NCBI GenBank assembly: GCA_965246755.1
Contig: OZ251979.1
Span: forward strand, 385,970 to 449,969
Reading direction: 5' to 3'
Source of the DNA: Alphaproteobacteria bacterium
Lineage (GTDB): Bacteria; Pseudomonadota; Alphaproteobacteria; UBA11073
DNA: 64,000 nucleotides
Shown here: in pieces, positions 27,912 through 35,081 of the stretch
Position numbering within the stretch: the first letter of the stretch is position 1
Layout of the letters: the number at the start of each line of letters is the position of its first letter
Made by a program: the position numbers and the translations under genes
Notes under the pieces: generated by a model
What the model was told of the DNA's origin: nothing
What the model saw: the letters and a program-made list of their open reading frames with translations, nothing else
Database searches by the model: none

Positions 27912-29938
27912 TGAGTGTTAAGCGCAACATGTTGACAAGATTTATCATGGCCTGTGGCATCGTCTTGCTGGTTGGCGGCTGCGGCACCGATGAACCGGAC
28001 TTCCGTGATTTTAAGCACAGCGATGTAACCAGCCCGTTCAACAAGGACGATCAGTGGGCAAAAGTGCCGGCCCTACGCCGCATTCCCGTCAGTTCCGATT
28101 TATTTTTGGCGCGTTCGGTCAGGCCAGCCATGCCGGAACGCATCGCTAGTAAACGGATCAGCTTGCGGCTTACCAAAGGCAATGCCACGATTGCGGATTT
28201 GATTGGCATTATGGATTACGAAGGTATTGCGGTAATTGCCCGGCCGGTCGGCAGTTCGGGCGCGGCGGATGAATTGAATGATATCGTGCTGCCGTTCCGG
28301 CGGTTTGACGGCACACTGGGCGGTCTCGCCACTAAATTATCACGGTCGCTGGATGTCGCGGTCTGGTGGGAAAATGATGCGCTAATGATCTCGGACCGTG
28401 ATCGTTACATTGTTTCGGTGCCGCAAAACCAGGATGTGATTGACAGCGTGGTTGGCGAACTGGAGGATTTCGGCGCCGAGGATGTGACGCCGTCGCTATA
28501 CGGCGGACGTATCGTTTACAATGCCCGTCCGCAACTGAACGACGAAGTGATTAAGTCATACTTAAGCGGCCTGGCCGGTAACTTGGCGGAAATCACCATT
28601 CAGCTGGCGGTTATTCAATTGAACTTGACCAAAGACGCCGAACGCGGTTTTGACTGGAGTTCATTCCAGCTGCAGTTTGGCAATCCCGCCAACGCGCCTA
28701 CTGGTGCATTAATTAAAGGCGGTGGCCTGGGCAGTGCGACGGGCTTGTCCGGCGCATTGTCATCAACGTCGCGTGCGGCGGGTTCAGGTGTAATTGGCGG
28801 TACTTACACGACAACAGTTGGTGATAATAATGTTTTGGGCGTGGGCGGCGCCATTTATTACCTCAGCCAGTTTGGGCGCACAACGACCCGCCAAATGGTT
28901 GAATTGCGCACTTTAGCCGGTATGCCGGTGCAATTGCGCAGCGGCCGCTCTACGCCGTATATTAAATCAATTGGTGCCACGACCACGCCGGGTTCAGCGG
29001 GCAGCGGCAATGTCACGTCGTCAACCGATACGGATACGGTTAAAACCGGCCTTACACTTAGCCTGACGCCTTATTATGACTCAATGATGGGTCTTGTTAT
29101 TATCGACGTGAACATTGAAATTGCTTCCATCACGCGTTTTGTGGTGTTGAATACGGCACCGGTCGCCAGTACCACCAGTGGTTCGACCAGCGGGACCTCT
29201 GGCACAACGGGCACCACCGGAACGACCAACAATGCCACCGCCACTAACAATGCGTCGCTCAGCCAGCCGGAAACCCAGTCAAATATCCTAACCGACATCG
29301 CGCGGGTGCCGGCGGGTGATGTGGTTATTTTGGGCGGTGTGCGCGAGGAGACCGCTAGCGATAACCGCACCGCGCCGTTTGGTGAATATGAGAGCATCGG
29401 CTCCAAAAAAACTAGCAATGAAAATACGTTGATTTTCTTCATCTTGCGCCCGGTCGTGACAATCTACGAACCGACTGGCGCTGCTGTCGCGGCGACTTTG
29501 CCAGGCGCGCCGGTCGAAACGATTGAACGGGCTGGCCAGCGCGGCAGCAAAACCGGTGCAGTCGAACAAATTCGCGATTTGGATGCGGTGCCAGAATTGT
29601 CGGCAGAAGATGCCGCAATTATTGAACCGCCCGCCTCAGGCACTGCTAAAAATACGCGTCCCAAATCCGCCCGCCGTGACATAAAGCCGGATGCCGTGCT
29701 GTCAACCCGCGCTGCTGCGGATGATGAGGAAGGTCAGGCGGCAGCCACCGAACCAGCCGTTAAATTAGTGGCACCACCACCAGTGTCGCCCCCGTTACGC
29801 GCTGTTGCGCCAAGTGAGGCCGCAGCGCCAGTAGATACTGCACCACCCCCGGCACCAGCGCCGATGGCGGGAGCCGATCTTAATGATGTTTTATCGGGTG
29901 GTTTTGGCGGCACGACTGGCGTGCTGTCCAATGAATAG
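27911..29938 (+). CDS. Lipoprotein secretin, type IVb pilus PilN/BfpB/TcpC-like
   Basis: Lipobox LLVGGCG. Secretin C-domain pattern: TLAGMPVQLRSGRSTPY, VKTGLTLSLTPYYD..GLVIIDVNIEIASI, VPAGDVVILGGVREE, TLIFFILRPVV. It also has a Thr/Ser/Gly-rich insert and a ~160-aa Pro/Ala-rich C-terminal tail. Confidence 0.8.
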   Translation: MSVKRNMLTRFIMACGIVLLVGGCGTDEPDFRDFKHSDVTSPFNKDDQWAKVPALRRIPVSSDLFLARSVRPAMPERIASKRISLRLTKGNATIADLIGIMDYEGIAVIARPVGSSGAADELNDIVLPFRRFDGTLGGLATKLSRSLDVAVWWENDALMISDRDRYIVSVPQNQDVIDSVVGELEDFGAEDVTPSLYGGRIVYNARPQLNDEVIKSYLSGLAGNLAEITIQLAVIQLNLTKDAERGFDWSSFQLQFGNPANAPTGALIKGGGLGSATGLSGALSSTSRAAGSGVIGGTYTTTVGDNNVLGVGGAIYYLSQFGRTTTRQMVELRTLAGMPVQLRSGRSTPYIKSIGATTTPGSAGSGNVTSSTDTDTVKTGLTLSLTPYYDSMMGLVIIDVNIEIASITRFVVLNTAPVASTTSGSTSGTSGTTGTTGTTNNATATNNASLSQPETQSNILTDIARVPAGDVVILGGVREETASDNRTAPFGEYESIGSKKTSNENTLIFFILRPVVTIYEPTGAAVAATLPGAPVETIERAGQRGSKTGAVEQIRDLDAVPELSAEDAAIIEPPASGTAKNTRPKSARRDIKPDAVLSTRAAADDEEGQAAATEPAVKLVAPPPVSPPLRAVAPSEAAAPVDTAPPPAPAPMAGADLNDVLSGGFGGTTGVLSNE

Positions 29939-29950
29939 GGACTGTTAGGC

Positions 29951-30769
29951 ATGGCGGCGCTGGTACCACCCAACCGTATTGTCATCGATTTTCTGGAAGG
30001 CATTACCAGTAAAAGCGATGCAGTGGCTTATGCGCGCGGTTTTATTCTCAGTCATTTCGACGTGCCGTCAGAATCCGGTTATTATGTGCATGCGTTTCAA
30101 GGCGGCTATGCCTATGAAGTTCATGAAGGCGGTTCGCGCCGGGCCTTTCTGCCGCGCATTTTAAAAATTATCCAAGATACGCCGGGCGCGATTGTGTCGG
30201 TGCGTTCCGGCAGTCGCGTGTTGCAAGTCTCGCGCGGCCCCCGCGACAGTTTCAACGCCGTGCTATTGCCCGAAGAGTTATCATCCTATTTGGAAAATGT
30301 GATTGAGCCAGATGAAAATGCGCCGCATCTTGTTGCCTATCAATTGGCCGGTACGGTATGGCTATTTATCGGCAGCTGTGTTGCGGTATTAGGCGGCCTG
30401 ATTATGCTGATTGGCCTATTGTCATTTGCCCTCTCAAAGGTAACCGGCCCGGCGCAAATTGTGACCACTCCGGCTGAACAATTGCCGTTTGCGCAGTGGC
30501 AAAATTTGGTCCAGAAAGTCGCTCCGGAAAATCACGTTGCGGCTTTAAAATTTGACGGCAAGAACTGGCAGATTGATGTTGCCCCTAATCCGTCACCAGT
30601 CACGGCAGCGCCAGTTACAAATGTCTTGTCAATGATGCCGGTGTCACCATTGGGTGCCGCGCAATTGCCAGCTGTGATGCCTGCTATTGGACCCCTAACC
30701 GCACCGGCACAGGCACCCGCGCCGCCGCCGCCAAGCGGCACACCGCCGCAAGCGGGAATAACTCCATGA
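29951..30769 (+). CDS. Bitopic membrane protein (PilO-position assembly component?)
   Basis: One central TM helix (VWLFIGSCVAVLGGLIMLIGLLSFAL) and a Pro-rich C-terminus. It has an ATGA overlap with the next gene. Confidence 0.5.
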   Translation: MAALVPPNRIVIDFLEGITSKSDAVAYARGFILSHFDVPSESGYYVHAFQGGYAYEVHEGGSRRAFLPRILKIIQDTPGAIVSVRSGSRVLQVSRGPRDSFNAVLLPEELSSYLENVIEPDENAPHLVAYQLAGTVWLFIGSCVAVLGGLIMLIGLLSFALSKVTGPAQIVTTPAEQLPFAQWQNLVQKVAPENHVAALKFDGKNWQIDVAPNPSPVTAAPVTNVLSMMPVSPLGAAQLPAVMPAIGPLTAPAQAPAPPPPSGTPPQAGITP

Positions 30770-31167
30770 AATTTGAGTTGCCCGAATTATCGCTGTCGTC
30801 ATTGCCGGTATCACCGCAACAATACCGATTGGCAGGCAGTATTATGTTGGGTATCGGCGTGTTTTGTTTAGTAGCGGGATTGATATTCATTTTTTTAACC
30901 AGAGCGCAAAATCATGGTGGCGGCAGCAAATTGGATATTTCCAGCAAAGAGTGTGTTTTAAAACTGCAAAAGCTTGGTTTTAACCCCCAGGCGGAGCATG
31001 ATTTGTTACGCGTTAACAAAGAAGGTTTGATCAATGGAATGGCGCTGCTTGCCCAAAGTTCGCAGGCAACCTCGCTGTGTCCCAATTGGGCGCTGCAAAA
31101 TTATTGTTTAGGAGAAACCTGTGCCATCAAAGGTGTTAGTTTCACTCTGAAATATACCAAAAAATAA
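30766..31167 (+). CDS. Small bitopic membrane protein (PilP-position)
   Basis: One TM helix (IMLGIGVFCLVAGLIFIFL) and a periplasmic domain with 4 Cys. Confidence 0.5.
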   Translation: MKFELPELSLSSLPVSPQQYRLAGSIMLGIGVFCLVAGLIFIFLTRAQNHGGGSKLDISSKECVLKLQKLGFNPQAEHDLLRVNKEGLINGMALLAQSSQATSLCPNWALQNYCLGETCAIKGVSFTLKYTKK

Positions 31168-31185
31168 TCTTTTGGGTGAGCATGC

Positions 31186-31458
31186 ATGCTGCCGTTGCTG
31201 AAATTTGGACAGTGGAGTGAAAAAAACCACGCGCATTTGCGGGTGTTCGATCTATTGTGTGCCGCCGGCATGTTGGGGTGGGGTGCCTATGCCCACAGCC
31301 GCAGCTGGCTCGCCTGCGGCAGCCTGGTCTTGCTAATCGTTTGGTATGATCCGTTGCCGCGCTTGCGCCGTTGGTTGCCGCAGGTGGTTGCGGCCAAGGC
31401 GAAACAACAGCAAGCACGGGGTGCCCCACCACGTCAAAATGGGCGCCGCAGCCCATGA
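31186..31458 (+). CDS. Small membrane protein
   Basis: Two hydrophobic segments and a basic C-terminus. Its stop overlaps the ATG at 31455 (ATGA), supporting both gene calls. Confidence 0.45.
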   Translation: MLPLLKFGQWSEKNHAHLRVFDLLCAAGMLGWGAYAHSRSWLACGSLVLLIVWYDPLPRLRRWLPQVVAAKAKQQQARGAPPRQNGRRSP

Positions 31459-33218
31459 TGAATGTGCTGATTATTTTAGTAATGGTGGTGGTGGTGGCGT
31501 TCAGCGCCGTATTCGCCGGCGTGACGTTTTTGCAAGGTGTGCGCAGCAGTGTTGAATTGCAAATCACCAAACAACGTTTATTGGAGGTTGCGAGTGCCAT
31601 TCAAACTCAGGCCCGTTATATTAATGGCGTTTATGCCTTACCGGCCGGAACCCAGGGCGCCGCGCCATCACCTTACCTTTATAACCAAGTGCCAGGTTGG
31701 ATTACGACCAACGCTAAATCCGCCCATGGCGTACCCTTTGTCTATTGTCCTTATGCAGCGGTGACCGGTGTCAATAACGCCACCATTTATGCACCGTCTG
31801 GGGGCAGCTATGGGGTGCAAACGGCCAGCAATGACACAACAGCAGGCCAGCCCTATGTTATCGCCAGCGCGCCCGCGCCCACGGCAATAACCGCGGTTGG
31901 TGCCACCGGTGTTTTAATTGCCGCCGCGCCGCAAAATTATAATCCGCCGGATTGTTCATCAATTACTGCTGCAGCAATTGACGCGACAACGCCGCTTGTC
32001 AGCGGCGGTGTCGTCATGCCGATCGGCGATAATTATTTAAATAAAATGCAAACCGGCACTGTGACATCGGAGTTATCTTATTATATTGGTGATGTGGCCA
32101 GTGGCGCCACTGGCGATTTAAGCGGCCGTGATCCTAGCAACCTCGCTACTTTAAGCGCGATTTTAACTGCTATCGAAGCTGCCAAGCCATCGTCAGCCTA
32201 TATAATTTTCCCCAGCGCTGCCGCAACCTATGATATTTCCGGCAACGCGACAGTCTCTACATCTTTGAACAACATATTGGTCAATGGTACACGATTGGGC
32301 TTTATGGTGGCCGGCGCCGGCTATCAAGCAACGGCAATTTTTAAATTTGGCAGTGGCACGATTCCGGAAGGCAATCATATTGGTATCAGAAACATGACCT
32401 TGCAATCGACCGGCACGCTGGAAGTACGCGGTCAGCTGGATATGGATAACGATGCGACGATCAAGGTGGGAAATGCGCTTTACATTAACGGCGGCACGGT
32501 AGTGTCCAGTACCTCCAATAACAGTATAATTGACGGTAATGTAACGATCGATGGCGGTGGTCGGCTGCAAAGCGCGCGGGGTTATGTCGTTGTTGTCAAC
32601 AATATCACCAACCGTGGCTTTAAAATTTTAAATGGGGCTTTTGATGGTTACACTATTAGCATTAACACTGCTGCCGGCAATGGTTTCACGCCGCTTTTAA
32701 TTGGTGCGGGTGGCGCGTTGCGCGGCGGTTATGTATATATAACCACGTCGAACGGCGGCGGTGCCATTGTTGAACCGGGCGGGTTGCTATTCGAGCAAGG
32801 CGGCACCCTACAAATTTATTATGCGTCGCTTTATGGCATTTATTTACATGGGCGTTTGAATGTCAATCCGGGCTTGTCCATTCCCACTCAAGGCGCGGGC
32901 GGTTTGCAATATGGTCTGATTTTGGCGAGCGGCGCCAAGGCCTATACTCCGGGCCCTTGTTTGGTTTGCGATGGTTATAATCCCATGGTGGGGATTTACG
33001 ATGCGGGCGGCTTCAGCATCGATAACGAAATGAACACCGGCGGCACCGTCTATGCGGGCACCAAATGCTGGCAGGGCAACAGCGGTTTTAATCTGTTTAG
33101 TGACAATAATGACAATGGCACCACGTTAAACGCTTATGGCTATACAAAAAATACCGCTGGTCTCGAATGGCTGCGTTTATATAATTCGAGCATTTTTCAA
33201 TGCCAGGGCATCCCATAA
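31455..33218 (+). CDS. Paralog 1: N-terminal pilin-like hydrophobic helix plus beta-helix-like repeat protein
   Basis: N-terminus MMNVLIILVMVVVVAFSAVFAGV. Motif QVPGWITTN..GVPFVYCPYA is shared with the next two genes. YYIGDVASGATGDLSGRDPSNLATL resembles the entry motif of right-handed beta-helix domains. It is G/N/T-rich with ~20-25 aa periodicity, and the C-terminus is ..SIFQCQGIP. Confidence 0.65.
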   Translation: MMNVLIILVMVVVVAFSAVFAGVTFLQGVRSSVELQITKQRLLEVASAIQTQARYINGVYALPAGTQGAAPSPYLYNQVPGWITTNAKSAHGVPFVYCPYAAVTGVNNATIYAPSGGSYGVQTASNDTTAGQPYVIASAPAPTAITAVGATGVLIAAAPQNYNPPDCSSITAAAIDATTPLVSGGVVMPIGDNYLNKMQTGTVTSELSYYIGDVASGATGDLSGRDPSNLATLSAILTAIEAAKPSSAYIIFPSAAATYDISGNATVSTSLNNILVNGTRLGFMVAGAGYQATAIFKFGSGTIPEGNHIGIRNMTLQSTGTLEVRGQLDMDNDATIKVGNALYINGGTVVSSTSNNSIIDGNVTIDGGGRLQSARGYVVVVNNITNRGFKILNGAFDGYTISINTAAGNGFTPLLIGAGGALRGGYVYITTSNGGGAIVEPGGLLFEQGGTLQIYYASLYGIYLHGRLNVNPGLSIPTQGAGGLQYGLILASGAKAYTPGPCLVCDGYNPMVGIYDAGGFSIDNEMNTGGTVYAGTKCWQGNSGFNLFSDNNDNGTTLNAYGYTKNTAGLEWLRLYNSSIFQCQGIP

Positions 33219-35081
33219 ATGACCGGTTTGATCATTATCCTGATCTTATTGGTCGCGGTTCTGGGCGGCGCCGGTTACGCGGTGGTCAGCAGCGGCACCA
33301 CCCTGCAAGCCACCATCGATAAAAATGAAAATATGGCGCGGTTGGAAACCGCTGCTCAAACCGTGCTGACCAATATAGTTTCGGTAACTTCCGGCAGTGC
33401 GCAATATTATGCTGTGCCTATGCCCGACAGTAATACCAGTCCTGCGGTGCCAACCTGGCTGCTGCCAACCGCACGTACTGTGGATGGCACGGCTTTTCTC
33501 TATTGCCCGTTCAGCAACGCCACCAGCGGTACCAAAGCCACCGCGATTACCACCCCCGGTGGCACCTATAATGTGAACAGTACTACACTTTACAGCGGCT
33601 CGCAAAATTATGTGACAATTTCAGATGCCCGGCCTGCCAACGCTCCCACCGCCCTGGTCATTTTGGTCGCGCCGGCTGCCAAAAACGCCATAGTGCCGGA
33701 TTGTCAAAACATCAACGCGGATTTGACATTGGCCGGCGCCACAGTGCGCGTGATTACCGAAGCTGAAGTGGAAGCGCGCCGTCTGGTGAATGCCAGCAAT
33801 GGCAGTGAAATCTACACTGCGCCCGCCACTACTGGCGATGGCAGCGGACGTAACGCCGCCAATGCCATGCCGCTGGATACCGCGCTGACTTATTATAATT
33901 ATTACCGGCCACAGCATCAAAAATTGAATCTTAGCGGCGGCAGCTACACCGTTACTAATGCGATCACCAGTTTTTTTGGCACCAATGCCACCACGGCGAA
34001 CGGCTGGCCTAATATGTCTGTACGCAACAGTTCACTCAATTTAACCGGTGCAGGGGCCAATGCGGCCATCCCAACCCAAATCAGTGGCGTGACATCGCCT
34101 TATAATCCGCTATTCCCCGCTAACCTAAGTGTAAAAAATCTGGCCATCTTGCGGCCAAACGGCGCCTATATCTATCCGCAACTCAGCGCGTTTCAAAACT
34201 ATAAACTGGTGTTAGACAGCGCCACAATTCCTTATTTTAATAATCTGGATGGCCGCGGCTATCTGTTTAATGCGGTCGGTTTGACGGGACAAACCTCGTA
34301 CAACAACGGCAGCGTTTATGACGGCAGTAATTTTTTTGCCGGTTCGCGCACTTACATAAATGCGGTGGTCAGCCTACCGGCCTCTGACAGCTATTACACC
34401 TGGGCCCTGGGTAATGCCGGCGGTGAGCTGTTTTTAGGGCAGCAAGATATTTTAAACGGCATCGGCACTTATGGCTATCAATTCATAAGGAATATTTACG
34501 GTGCACGCACCTATATATCCGGTATCTTAAATAATGTTGGCACCACCTTGGGCAGCCAATTTATAATCTCTTATTTTGGGTCGCAAAATTACCTTAGCAA
34601 CGTGGTCTTCAATGCCGCTGAAATATATGTAAATGGTAACATTTATATAAATGGTACCGCGTCAGCTACATTTTTTGATACGGCGACTATTAACATCACA
34701 GGTTTTGACAAACCGGCCACGGCCTTGGTGGCCGGACATGCGGAAATATTTGGGATCACCAATTCAGTTGTCGGCTCCATCAGCGACTCCAATTCGCGCG
34801 CGACCAACTTGGCCCTTACGGTGGATAGCAACGCCGCTGCCGGCACCCGGCAGATTGTGGGCGGCGCCAACGGTGGGTGGGCTCAATCAATATTAACCTC
34901 GGCCAATACCGCCTGTTGGAGCGCCACTTCCGTGGGGGGAACCTACCAATCAACCTATTATATTTTGAATGACACCAATTTTAACACGAATACCAACTAT
35001 TCATTACCGCTGGGCAGCAGCACCGCTAACGCGCCGCTGTTGGTCGCCAACCGTTCCAACTGGCAGTGTTTGCATCCATGA
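33219..35081 (+). CDS. Paralog 2: N-terminal pilin-like hydrophobic helix plus beta-helix-like repeat protein
   Basis: N-terminus MTGLIIILILLVAVLGGAGYAVV, followed by AVPTWLLPTARTVDGTAFLYCPFS, IYTAPATTGDGSGRNAANAMPLDTAL, and a C-terminal RSNWQCLHP. Its ATG directly abuts the upstream TAA. Confidence 0.65.
   Translation: MTGLIIILILLVAVLGGAGYAVVSSGTTLQATIDKNENMARLETAAQTVLTNIVSVTSGSAQYYAVPMPDSNTSPAVPTWLLPTARTVDGTAFLYCPFSNATSGTKATAITTPGGTYNVNSTTLYSGSQNYVTISDARPANAPTALVILVAPAAKNAIVPDCQNINADLTLAGATVRVITEAEVEARRLVNASNGSEIYTAPATTGDGSGRNAANAMPLDTALTYYNYYRPQHQKLNLSGGSYTVTNAITSFFGTNATTANGWPNMSVRNSSLNLTGAGANAAIPTQISGVTSPYNPLFPANLSVKNLAILRPNGAYIYPQLSAFQNYKLVLDSATIPYFNNLDGRGYLFNAVGLTGQTSYNNGSVYDGSNFFAGSRTYINAVVSLPASDSYYTWALGNAGGELFLGQQDILNGIGTYGYQFIRNIYGARTYISGILNNVGTTLGSQFIISYFGSQNYLSNVVFNAAEIYVNGNIYINGTASATFFDTATINITGFDKPATALVAGHAEIFGITNSVVGSISDSNSRATNLALTVDSNAAAGTRQIVGGANGGWAQSILTSANTACWSATSVGGTYQSTYYILNDTNFNTNTNYSLPLGSSTANAPLLVANRSNWQCLHP

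Noticed and set aside
31371-31454. N-terminal extension MVAAGGCGQGETTAS... of the first giant paralog
   Set aside because: It overlaps the small upstream ORF. The ATG at 31455 forms an ATGA overlap with that ORF's stop, and the resulting N-terminus matches the other two paralogs.
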